Assembly (NCBI GenBank): GCA_965203805.1
Contig: OZ241917.1
Span: forward strand, 2,208,001 to 2,272,000
Reading direction: 5' to 3'
Length of the DNA stretch: 64,000 nt
Source of the DNA: Candidatus Latescibacterota bacterium
Lineage (GTDB): Bacteria > Latescibacterota > UBA2968 > GCA-2709665
A program made the translations under genes and the position numbers. This document shows positions 38,933 to 48,184 of the stretch, piece by piece. The stretch's first letter is position 1, and every line of letters starts with the position of its first letter. The notes under the pieces were generated by a model. The model searched no databases. It saw only the letters and a program-made list of their open reading frames with translations, and was not told the DNA's origin.

Positions 38933-40318
38933 GTGAAACCTGCCGGCAAAATTCGGTGTGCCATCGGCGTTTCGCTGCTCGTTTCCGCATGCGGCAGTGA
39001 AGAGACGATTTCACCCGTGCCCGATGAAACCAGACCCCTGTCCGGCGGGCAGGCGACGGTTTTCGACGCCTCCAGTCAGGCATTCGAAATGCCCATCCCG
39101 ACGCTCTCAGCCAACGAACTGGACATGTTTCTTGCGGGCGATGCCACCTTCGAACAGGTCTTCGTCACACCTCCCGCCGAAGTGAACCCTGGCGCCGGTC
39201 CCGTGTTCAGCCACACCTCGTGCGTGGGTTGTCATCTGCGGGACGGGCGGGGGCGAGGCGCATTCGGCGCAGAGCCGCCCTTCGTCGGTTCCATGCTTAT
39301 GCGCGTCAGTCTTCCCGGTCTGTCCACGCACGGCGGCCCCGCGCCTGTTCCCGGCTTTGGCGTGCAGCTCGGAGACCGCGCAAACTATGGCGTTCAGCCT
39401 GAGGCGCGTGTTCAGGTCAGCTATTTCGAAACCGCGGAAAAACTGGCCGACGGCGAAGAGGTTTACCTGAAACACCCGGTCTATCATATCGTTGAACCCT
39501 ATCGGCCGTTGCCCGAAGGGGTGCTGCTGTCGGCGCGCATGGCGCCGCCCGTATTCGGACGCGGCCTGCTGGAAGCGATATCCGAATCTGACATCCTTGC
39601 GCTCTCGGATCCCTCGGATACCGACGGAGACGGAATATCCGGGAGGCCCAATTACGTCCACAATTTCCGAACCGGTCGGACGGAACTCGGGCGCTTCGGC
39701 CTTAAAGCCAACAATCCGGACATTCTGCAGCAGGTCGCAAGCGCGTACAACGAGGACATGGGCGTTACCAGCCCGTACTTTCCCAGAGAATCCGTATGGG
39801 GTCAGCCTCAGCACGACGGCCGCGACGACGATCCGGAAATAACGCAGAAGACGTTGGACATAACGACGTTTTATATCCAGACGCTTGCCGTACCCGCACG
39901 GCGCAACTGGGATGATCCTCAGGTCATTCGCGGAGAAATCCTCTTTGAATCGACGGGTTGCGCAGGCTGCCATACCACGACGTTCCGAACGGGCAGCCAT
40001 GAAATTCCGTCACTATCCGGCCAGGTCATCCATCCCTATACTGATTTGCTGCTGCACGACATGGGCGAAGCGCTTGAAGACAATCGCCCGGACTTCGAAG
40101 CCACGGGGCGCGAGTGGAAAACGCCAGCGCTCTGGGGCCTTGGGCTCACGGAAACCGTCAACGGTTCGCCACCGGGATTCCTGCACGACGGCCGGGCGGC
40201 AACCCTGCTCGAAGCCATTATGTTCCACGGTGGTGAAGCGGAGCGTTCGCGTGAAGCCGTACGCAGATTATCGACTGAAAACAGGGAGGCGTTGCTCTCC
40301 TTCTTACGATCGCTGTAG
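38933..40318 (+). CDS. Di-heme oxidoreductase-like (DUF1111) lipoprotein
   Basis: Lipobox VSAC; CVGCH and CAGCH heme-c motifs; GRFGLKA; YTDLLLHDMG; TP.LWG; LHDGRA. Confidence 0.9.
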   Translation: MKPAGKIRCAIGVSLLVSACGSEETISPVPDETRPLSGGQATVFDASSQAFEMPIPTLSANELDMFLAGDATFEQVFVTPPAEVNPGAGPVFSHTSCVGCHLRDGRGRGAFGAEPPFVGSMLMRVSLPGLSTHGGPAPVPGFGVQLGDRANYGVQPEARVQVSYFETAEKLADGEEVYLKHPVYHIVEPYRPLPEGVLLSARMAPPVFGRGLLEAISESDILALSDPSDTDGDGISGRPNYVHNFRTGRTELGRFGLKANNPDILQQVASAYNEDMGVTSPYFPRESVWGQPQHDGRDDDPEITQKTLDITTFYIQTLAVPARRNWDDPQVIRGEILFESTGCAGCHTTTFRTGSHEIPSLSGQVIHPYTDLLLHDMGEALEDNRPDFEATGREWKTPALWGLGLTETVNGSPPGFLHDGRAATLLEAIMFHGGEAERSREAVRRLSTENREALLSFLRSL

Positions 40319-40537
40319 AACGCCCGATTGGCGCGATTAAAATCGGATGGACGAATCATCCTCGGCACCCCGCCCGACGCAATGCGCCGAGTTGATCGGA
40401 AGATTCCGATCAACTTCCACAGACCACAGTGTTCTGTCCCAGGAATACCTCACGATTCTTGTGCGGATTCATACTGCCTCAGCGGAAGAACTCTGGGAAC
40501 TCATCCCCGGGACTGAACACTCAGATGGGAGGATGTC

Positions 40538-41815
40538 ATGTATATGCGACGTGTGTTTACCGCCTGCATTATCGTCCTTGCAGCGGCGCCGCTTCTCGCG
40601 CAGATGTCTTACGATCCGGATTTCGACGGAAGCGGCGAAGTCGACTTTTCCGATTTTGTCATGTTCGCCCGGGCATTCGGGACAACGGACCCCCAATTCG
40701 ATCTCGACGGAAACGGCAGCGTCGACTTCCCGGACTTTGTCCTTTTCGCCCGGGCGTTCGGAGGCGCGGCCGAGGCCTTAACAACCCCTATAGAGTCGTT
40801 GACGGAGGTCGATGTCCGAGACCTCCCTGCCGATCCGGACCGGCAGGATCATTTCACCTTTTACAGCTTGCGGGACAGCGCCATTGTCTCACGGGCCGAT
40901 TCCAACTCCACGAAGTGGGACCTCGCGTTCAAGTCGACGACGATCCTGATCAACGGCGGCAACAGCGGACCGGGCGAGGGCGGGGCGATCGTGCTGACGG
41001 AAACGGACTACGATACGCTGTCGATGGCGCCCGACTCCGAATACGCGGTCGACCAGGAGGGGCAAGCAGCCATCGGGCCCGCGTGGTACACGTACACCGG
41101 CCCGCCCAACCATCACATCCTGATCAACCCGAACGTGGTGCTGGTCATTCGCACGGCCGACGGACGATACGCCAAGCTCCAATTCACGAGTTATTATAAA
41201 GGCGGCGAGGCGGTTCCTTCATCGCGGGAAGCGCGCGGGCGTTTTCTGAATTTCACCTACACGTACCAGCCCGATGGCTCGCGGTCGTTTGAGGGACCGT
41301 CCATGGAGATCATGACGCTCACCGAGGTCATGGCCCGCGACGTCGCGGCCGACACAGGCAACGTGGGCGCCTTCACGTTCTACAGCCTGCGGGACAGCGC
41401 CATTGTCTCACGCGCGGATTCCAATTCCACGAAATGGGACCTCGCGTTCAGATCCACGACCGTGCTGACCAACAGCGGAACGAGCGGACCGGGAGAGGGC
41501 GGGGCGATCGTGCTGACGGCGACGGACTACGATACGCTGTCGATGGCGCCGGACGTGGCGTATATGATCGATCAGGAGGGTCAACCCGCCATCTCAAGAG
41601 CGTGGTATACGTACACGGGGCCGCCCGGCCACCAGATCCTGATGAATCCGGGCGTCGTACTGGTGATTCGCACGGCGGACGGACGATATGCAAAGCTCAA
41701 GTTCACGAGTTACTATCAGGGCGGCGAGGCAGTTCCTTCCTCCCTTGAGTCAAGATCGCGCTTCTACCATTTCACGTACACGTTCCAACCGGACGGATCG
41801 CGCTCGTTTCGTTGA
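40538..41815 (+). CDS. hmuY: Secreted protein: dockerin/EF-hand-like tag plus two HmuY heme-binding domains
   Basis: Two WDLAF...I..N.G.SG.G.GG ... WYTY ... VIRTADGRYAKL.F.SYY units; N-terminal DFDGSGEVDFSDF / DLDGNGSVDFPDF. Confidence 0.85.
   Translation: MYMRRVFTACIIVLAAAPLLAQMSYDPDFDGSGEVDFSDFVMFARAFGTTDPQFDLDGNGSVDFPDFVLFARAFGGAAEALTTPIESLTEVDVRDLPADPDRQDHFTFYSLRDSAIVSRADSNSTKWDLAFKSTTILINGGNSGPGEGGAIVLTETDYDTLSMAPDSEYAVDQEGQAAIGPAWYTYTGPPNHHILINPNVVLVIRTADGRYAKLQFTSYYKGGEAVPSSREARGRFLNFTYTYQPDGSRSFEGPSMEIMTLTEVMARDVAADTGNVGAFTFYSLRDSAIVSRADSNSTKWDLAFRSTTVLTNSGTSGPGEGGAIVLTATDYDTLSMAPDVAYMIDQEGQPAISRAWYTYTGPPGHQILMNPGVVLVIRTADGRYAKLKFTSYYQGGEAVPSSLESRSRFYHFTYTFQPDGSRSFR
40854..41811 (+). 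repeat. Intragenic tandem duplication of the HmuY domain
   Basis: Near-identical DNA blocks about 40854-41290 and 41373-41811 (FTFYSLRDSAIVSRADSNSTKWDLAF twice). Confidence 0.85.
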
Positions 41816-41841
41816 GTGACAAAACACACAGGAGGCCCGGT

Positions 41842-42174
41842 ATGATTGCTGTTGCCAATCGCATCTACATAACTCCGGAATACGCCGAACAATTCGAAGA
41901 TCGTTTTCGCAACCGCGCGCATCTCGTGGACGGCATGCCCGGATTCATTTCCAACAAGGTATTGAGACCCACGAAGAGCGATCAGCCTTACGTGGTCCTG
42001 ACTTTCTGGGAATCACGGGAGGATTTCAAGAACTGGGTGAATTCCGAGGAATTTCAGAAGGGGCACGCCAGATCCGGAACGCTGCCGAAGAAAGCGTTCT
42101 CTGACGCCAGTCACCTGGAGATTCACGAGGTCTTTCTGGATACCGAACGGAAAGCCGCGGAAACGGTTTCATGA
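41842..42174 (+). CDS. IsdG/HmoA-like heme-degrading monooxygenase (ABM family)
   Basis: GGAGG RBS; VANRI, F..R, PGF, WES, W..SEEF..GH (Asn-Trp-His triad). Confidence 0.85.
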   Translation: MIAVANRIYITPEYAEQFEDRFRNRAHLVDGMPGFISNKVLRPTKSDQPYVVLTFWESREDFKNWVNSEEFQKGHARSGTLPKKAFSDASHLEIHEVFLDTERKAAETVS

Positions 42175-42297
42175 GATATACGTGCGCGAATTGAACGAAG
42201 GTCAATAAACGAACCGTCACCCAGCGCACGAAGGTGGATGATTCCTGCAAGACAGACAAGGGGCTACGAGCCATTACTCGTAACCCCTTGTTTATTA

Positions 42298-42338
42298 TGG
42301 TCGGGGAGGCGGGATTCGAACCCGCGACCCCCTGCTCC
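42298..42338 (-). repeat. Duplicated 3' half of tRNA-Pro (att-like direct repeat)
   Basis: 41 bp identical to 42545-42585, including T-arm and CCA. Confidence 0.9.
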
Positions 42339-42359
42339 GTCTTTGCTATCCCAAATAGG

Positions 42360-42389
42360 AATCGCCCCCGGTTCCAACCGGGGGCGATT
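42360..42389. other. Perfect GC-rich hairpin
   Basis: AATCGCCCCCGGTT-cc-AACCGGGGGCGATT. Confidence 0.75.
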
Positions 42390-42544
42390 CTCACCACCTA
42401 GGCACATTCGCGCTTTCAGTGGTTCGATCAAATTTAGCGTTAATTGACGATCATGTCAAGGCAAAAGGGTTGCAATTGTGACGTTTGTCTCAACCCGATA
42501 GAACAAGGGACTGCGCCAATTTGAAATAACCCCTCAGTTTTCTA

Positions 42545-42621
42545 TGGTCGGGGAGGCGGGATTCGAACCCGCGACCCCCTGCTCCCAAAGCAGGTGCTCT
42601 GCCGGACTGAGCCACTCCCCG
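42545..42621 (-). tRNA. tRNA-Pro (anticodon TGG)
   Basis: CGGGGAG/CTCCCCG acceptor stem, CCTGC-TTTGGGA-GCAGG anticodon arm, GGTTCGAATCC, CCA end. Confidence 0.97.
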
Positions 42622-42918
42622 TCCAATCGTGCCAGGTCAAAATATCTGTTCGGAATATCCACAAAACCACTGTTTCGAGCAAGAAAAAAGGTGGAATAGA
42701 TGGACAGGTTTTTGCCATCGACGACAAACCTGGAGGCACCCCCGACGGACAAAGACAGGTCAACCGCAATCCTCATCCAATCTGTAACGCAAGGTCCGCA
42801 GCGCCCCCGTTTCCAGGCTCCTTGAATTTCACTTGCCGCTTCCGGCACGTCAAGGTAATTTGACGTGCGATTAACCTCCGATTCGCATCTCATACCCTGC
42901 CCAGCGGTCTTTTCCCCA

Positions 42919-44052
42919 ATGCCCGACAAACCGGTACTCATCATCGACGGCCATCTGGACATGGCCTTCAACGCGCTCTTCTACCGGCGCGACCTCACGC
43001 AACCGGTGCACGTGCTGCGCGAACGGGAGGACGTTGTCCGCGCGGGCCTTTCGACACACAAGGATTCCCTCGAAAGACGCGCAGGACTCCAGGACAAACG
43101 CTACACCGTCACCGTTACGCTGCCTGAGATGCGCAAGGGTCACGTGGGCATCATGCTCTCGACGATCATGGCCCGCGTCCAGGCCCCGTCCATCGACTCC
43201 CACAACTCCGTCCGCGCCCAATCGGTCGCCTACGCCAGGGGCCAGAGCCACCTCCACTACTACAACGCCCTCGCACGCCGGGGCGAAATCACGTTCATCA
43301 GGAACGCCGGCGACCTGGACGTATGTGTCTCATCCTGGGAAAATCCGACGGACACCACGCCGATCGGCCTGATCCTCACCGCGGAGAGCGCCGACCCCAT
43401 CCTGGGTCCGGACCAGGTCGCAGAATGGTGGGACGCCGGCCTGCGCTCGGTCTCTCTCACCCACTTCGGCGCCAATACGTACGGCCACGGAACAGGCACC
43501 GTCGGCGGACTCTACCCCCCCGCCTACCCTCTGATGGACGCCTTCAAGGACGCGGGTATGGTGATCGACCTCACCCATGCGTCGGACCTCAGCTTCTGGC
43601 AGATCCTGGACTACTGGGAAGGCCCGGTCCACGCCAGCCACTGCAACTGCCGCGCACTGGTTCCCGGACAGCGTCACCTCAGCGACGATATGATCCGCGC
43701 CATCGTGGAACGCGGCGGCGTCATCGGCATGGTCTTTGCCGAACAGATGCTCAGCCCCGCCTGGAACTGGGACGATCCGTCGACGCACTACGCCACTGCA
43801 ACCCGGCCGATGAATGCCGTTGTCGAACACGTCGACCACGTCTGCCAGTTGACGGGCAACAGCAACCACGTGGCGATCGGCACGGACCTGGACGGAGGAT
43901 TCGGGCTGGAACTCTCACCCACGGACTACAACACGATCGTCGATCTCCAGCGTTTTCCCGACATCCTGGAAACCCATGGGTACAACGCAGAAGCCATCGA
44001 CAACATCTGTCACGGGAACCTTATCAGGTTCTTCAAGGAAGCGTGGACCTGA
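42919..44052 (+). CDS. Membrane dipeptidase (M19) family
   Basis: DGHLD, ESADP, DLTH, ASHCNCRAL, R.LSD, GTDLDGGFG. Confidence 0.9.
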   Translation: MPDKPVLIIDGHLDMAFNALFYRRDLTQPVHVLREREDVVRAGLSTHKDSLERRAGLQDKRYTVTVTLPEMRKGHVGIMLSTIMARVQAPSIDSHNSVRAQSVAYARGQSHLHYYNALARRGEITFIRNAGDLDVCVSSWENPTDTTPIGLILTAESADPILGPDQVAEWWDAGLRSVSLTHFGANTYGHGTGTVGGLYPPAYPLMDAFKDAGMVIDLTHASDLSFWQILDYWEGPVHASHCNCRALVPGQRHLSDDMIRAIVERGGVIGMVFAEQMLSPAWNWDDPSTHYATATRPMNAVVEHVDHVCQLTGNSNHVAIGTDLDGGFGLELSPTDYNTIVDLQRFPDILETHGYNAEAIDNICHGNLIRFFKEAWT

Positions 44053-44119
44053 TGCCGGTTCTCTCACCGGGCGCCCGCCTATTCCGGGCGGCGGGCTGAT
44101 TACATCAAAAAGGGTTGAA

Positions 44120-45202
44120 ATGTCGAACCGTCCGTACCTCATCGCGGACAGCCACCTGGACCTCGGGTTCAGCGCCATTCAGGTCAATCGGGACCTCACG
44201 CAGCCGGCCGCGACCGTTCGCGTCCACGACGCCGAGCCCGTGATGCGCAGCTTCGGAAGCTGCACCGTCACCTTCCCGGAACTTCGCCGGGGCAACGTGG
44301 GCATCGTCTTCGGCACCATGATGTCCCGTACCGACCCCAACGACCGCTGGACACGCACGGGCATGTACTGCCAGGACCAGTGCCACGGCGTGGGCCGGGG
44401 CCACCTGGCCTATTACCAGGCGATGGAGCGCGAAGGCGTGATTCGCTTCATCCGCAATTCGCGGGACCTGGACGAAACGGTCGCCGCGTGGGAGAACCCG
44501 GCCCCCGATACGCCCATCGGGCTGGTGGTGGCCATGGAAAGCGCCGACCCCATCCTGGACCCGTCGCAGGTTCCGGAATGGTACGATCTCGGGCTCCGAA
44601 TCGTGAGTATCTCCCACTACGGCGTCAGTTCCTACTGTCACGGAACGGGCACCGAGGGCGGCCTGCTGGAACGCGGCAAACCCCTGCTCGCCGCCCTGAA
44701 GGAAGCGGGGATCATCGTCGACCTGACCCACACGACGGACCAGGCCTTCTGGGAAATCCTGGACGTCTACGACGGTCCCGTGGCCGCATCCCATCACAAC
44801 TGCCGCGCGCTCACCCCCGGACAGCGCCAGCTCACCGACGACATGATCGGCGCCATCATCCAACGTGGCGGCGTGATTGGCGCCGCATTCGATGCCTGGA
44901 TGCTGGATCCGGAATGGAACCGTGACATCCCCTGCTGGGCGCAGAACACGAGAGCCACCCTCGAGACCGTCGCCAATCACATCGACCACGTGTGCCAACT
45001 CGCCGGCAACGCACGGCACGCCGGCATCGGAACCGACCTGGACGGCGGATTCGGGCAGGAACAGTCCCCGCGCGACCTCAACACCATCGCCGACCTTCAG
45101 AACCTGGTCGGCATCCTCCAGCGCCGTGGCTACAGGGAACCCGACGTTCGCAACATCCTCTCCGGCAACTGGGTCCGATTTCTGAAGGAAGTGTGGGAGT
45201 AG
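44120..45202 (+). CDS. Membrane dipeptidase (M19) family, tandem paralog
   Basis: DSHLD, ESADP, DLTH, ASHHNCRAL, GTDLDGGFG. Confidence 0.9.
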   Translation: MSNRPYLIADSHLDLGFSAIQVNRDLTQPAATVRVHDAEPVMRSFGSCTVTFPELRRGNVGIVFGTMMSRTDPNDRWTRTGMYCQDQCHGVGRGHLAYYQAMEREGVIRFIRNSRDLDETVAAWENPAPDTPIGLVVAMESADPILDPSQVPEWYDLGLRIVSISHYGVSSYCHGTGTEGGLLERGKPLLAALKEAGIIVDLTHTTDQAFWEILDVYDGPVAASHHNCRALTPGQRQLTDDMIGAIIQRGGVIGAAFDAWMLDPEWNRDIPCWAQNTRATLETVANHIDHVCQLAGNARHAGIGTDLDGGFGQEQSPRDLNTIADLQNLVGILQRRGYREPDVRNILSGNWVRFLKEVWE

Positions 45203-45212
45203 GTTACAAAGC

Positions 45213-45956
45213 ATGTCGGCAACCTGCGAAACATCAACATCCCCGGATAGCCAATCCCCGGACCGCGCGGCTCGGAAGGCGGGGGTCCTGCTTCTGCTTA
45301 CCGTGTTGTTTACGATCTCCATGATATACACAAGGGTAACCGCCGACGCCGACCGGACAACGCTGCTCGAGTCTCTGGCGGCAATCGCGCAACGCCCGGT
45401 GATGTACAACCTTTCGGGATTCACCCGACTGTTGTCAGGCGTGACGTTCCTGGCGGCGGGCCTGCTCCTGCTGCAAACCTGGATTATCAGGGGAGGTTGG
45501 GCGACCCGGGCGGTGCCCTGCCTTTTCGTGCTGTCGGGTGCGTTAACCGCCGCTTCCGGCGCGTGCACAATCCTTTTGGCGGTTCATCCGGCAATCGGAA
45601 CCGTTTCATCCGCAGGTTCTTCTGCAGGAACCTACCTCACGGTGCTGGAGTGGACGTCGGGCCTGCGGTGGCTGACCGGCGCTGCGGGTTTCTCCGCAGC
45701 GGGAGTCGCACTGGCAGCAGCTTCCAGATATCAATGGCGGGTGGGCGGCACGCTACGCAAGATTGCGCCGGTTTCGGCGGTGCTGGGGGTGGGGATGCAA
45801 ATCATCTGGATCGATGCCGGGACGAACATTCACCCCATAGTGGGGACATTCTTTTTGATCTGGCTCATCGTTGTCGGATCCATGTTGATCAGCGGGCGGG
45901 TCGAACGCCAATACAGGACGACCTATCTTCACGAGAGTAGACCCGCACGGCGGTGA
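45213..45956 (+). CDS. Hypothetical integral membrane protein
   Basis: About six hydrophobic segments; operonic spacing. Confidence 0.7.
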   Translation: MSATCETSTSPDSQSPDRAARKAGVLLLLTVLFTISMIYTRVTADADRTTLLESLAAIAQRPVMYNLSGFTRLLSGVTFLAAGLLLLQTWIIRGGWATRAVPCLFVLSGALTAASGACTILLAVHPAIGTVSSAGSSAGTYLTVLEWTSGLRWLTGAAGFSAAGVALAAASRYQWRVGGTLRKIAPVSAVLGVGMQIIWIDAGTNIHPIVGTFFLIWLIVVGSMLISGRVERQYRTTYLHESRPARR

Positions 45957-46057
45957 CGCCGCCTCCGTCCAGGTAATCAACAGGATCGCGCTTCGAACGC
46001 CGAGGTCAGGCGCCACCGTAACACCATTGAAATTCCCCGTTCTCAACCCGCTACGGT

Positions 46058-47527
46058 ATGCCCTCCAGACCTAATCTGCTTCTCATTACAACCGACCAGC
46101 AGCGCGGCGACTGCCTTGGATGCGACGGCCATCCGGTACTGGAAACCCCTTATCTGGATGAGCTGGCGGAGGGCGGGGCGCGCTTCAACCACGCCTACAC
46201 CTCCGTCCCTTCCTGCACGCCCGCGCGCGCGGGTATCCTCACGGGGATGGACCAGTGGAACCACGGCCGGCTTACGATGACGGGCGCCGACCCGCTCGAG
46301 TATCCGGCCACGCTGCCTGCCGAACTCGCTCACGCGGGTTACCATACCCAGGCCGTGGGCAAAATGCACTTCCACCCCCAGCGCAGACTCTACGGCTTTC
46401 ACCACATGGTCCTGGACGAGAGCGGGCGGCGAATGGGCAACTTCGTCAGCGACTACCACATTTTCTTCGAAAAACACAAAGAGGGCGAATACGGTTACCG
46501 GGACCACAGCGTGGACTGGAATTCATGGATGGCCCGCCCGTCCCATTTGCCGGAACACCTGCACCCCACCCATTGGACGGCATCCGAGGGTATCCGGTTC
46601 CTCGAAAACCGGGACCCGACCAAACCCTTTTTTCTCTGGTTGTCGTTCGCCCGCCCCCATTCCCCGTACGACGCACCGCAGACGTACTACGACATGTACA
46701 TTGACAATCCCGATGTGCCCAAAGCGGCCGTGGGAGCGTGGTCGGCCCGGTACGACCGGCAAATCGCCGACGTAAACGCCCCGCGCACCCGCCGCACCGA
46801 TGCCGAAACCCATCGCGCACGCGCGGCGTATTACGGCAACATTACCTTCATCGACCATCAAATCGGCCGCGTCCTGCACGAACTGCGGAGACGCGACCCA
46901 GCGGCAGCGGCAAACACCCTGATCCTGTTCACGTCGGACCACGGCGACATGATGGGCGATCATCACCACTGGCGAAAAACCTACGCGTATGAAGGCTCCG
47001 CCCGAGTCCCCTTCATCCTCAAATACCCGGACACCTGGGAAATGCCCCGCAACAGAACGCTGGCTCAACCAGTAGAACTAAGAGACATCATGCCCACGTT
47101 CCTCGATGCCGCAGACGTCGCCGTCCCCGAATCCGTAGACGGCGGCAGCCTGTTGAATCTCTCTCGAGGCGACAAAGAAGGCTGGCGGGCGTTCGTTCAG
47201 GGCGAGCACACCACCTGTTACGACAGAGAACACGGTATGCAGTACGTTACCGACGGCCGGGAAAAGTACATCTGGTTCCACCACACCGGGGCCGAGCAAT
47301 TCTTCGACCTCGAGGCCGACCCACTGGAGTGCAACGACCTCGCGGCCGTTGCCGATCGACAATCACGCATCGACGTCTGGCGCGGACGCCTGGCCGAAGT
47401 CAACGAAACGCGCGGCGACCCGCGGGGCCGGAACGGCGAACTCGTGCCCCAGCCCGGCGGCGCGCTGTCGCTCTCGCCCAACTACGAGAAATGGAAACAG
47501 CGCGCGAAAGCGCTGGAACGCGGGTAG
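46058..47527 (+). CDS. Arylsulfatase
   Basis: TDQQRGD, CTPAR, GKMH, PHSPYD, TSDHG. Confidence 0.93.
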   Translation: MPSRPNLLLITTDQQRGDCLGCDGHPVLETPYLDELAEGGARFNHAYTSVPSCTPARAGILTGMDQWNHGRLTMTGADPLEYPATLPAELAHAGYHTQAVGKMHFHPQRRLYGFHHMVLDESGRRMGNFVSDYHIFFEKHKEGEYGYRDHSVDWNSWMARPSHLPEHLHPTHWTASEGIRFLENRDPTKPFFLWLSFARPHSPYDAPQTYYDMYIDNPDVPKAAVGAWSARYDRQIADVNAPRTRRTDAETHRARAAYYGNITFIDHQIGRVLHELRRRDPAAAANTLILFTSDHGDMMGDHHHWRKTYAYEGSARVPFILKYPDTWEMPRNRTLAQPVELRDIMPTFLDAADVAVPESVDGGSLLNLSRGDKEGWRAFVQGEHTTCYDREHGMQYVTDGREKYIWFHHTGAEQFFDLEADPLECNDLAAVADRQSRIDVWRGRLAEVNETRGDPRGRNGELVPQPGGALSLSPNYEKWKQRAKALERG

Positions 47528-47642
47528 CACCGGTTCTATGCCGAGGAGGTATGGCCGGTGATGCTCGAGGAGGTTGCGAGGGACGCCGGATAGGAAAAAA
47601 ACGGCGGGGTCGCGCCGTGCGCCAACATTGTAAGAGGAGATC

Positions 47643-48116
47643 ATGCCTGTGAAATACTGGCTGATGAAGTGCGAACTCAACGAATGCAGCTTCGAAGACC
47701 TGAAGCACAACCGGCCCGACAGCACCGGAAAGTGGCGGGGCGTGCGCAACTATCAGGCCCGGAATTTCATCCGCGACGACATGCGGACGGGCGACGTCGT
47801 CCTATTCTACCAGTCCAACTGCGACGAACCCGGTATCGCCGGCCTTGCTGAGATCGTTCGGGCGGCCTATCCCGACCCCTCGGCCTTCGACCCGGAAAGC
47901 AACTATTACGACGACAAGTCCACGCCTGACGATCCCCGATGGTTCTCGGTGGACGTAAAATGGAAAAAGGCCTTCGAGACGTACGTGCATCTCAAAGACC
48001 TGAAGGCGAATCCCAAACTGAAAGAAATGCTTGTTGTCCGGAGGGGCCAGCGTCTGTCCATCCAGCCCGTCAAAAAGAGGGAATTTGAAATCGTCTGTGA
48101 AATGGGTGGGATCTGA
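47643..48116 (+). CDS. EVE-domain protein
   Basis: YWLMK.E, W.GVRNYQARN, FYQS, RLSIQPV. Confidence 0.93.
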   Translation: MPVKYWLMKCELNECSFEDLKHNRPDSTGKWRGVRNYQARNFIRDDMRTGDVVLFYQSNCDEPGIAGLAEIVRAAYPDPSAFDPESNYYDDKSTPDDPRWFSVDVKWKKAFETYVHLKDLKANPKLKEMLVVRRGQRLSIQPVKKREFEIVCEMGGI

Positions 48117-48184
48117 TCCTCCGCACCCCCTGTTGTTTTATCCGCCTGCCCGTCCGCACAACCCGTTTATACGACACAATCCTA

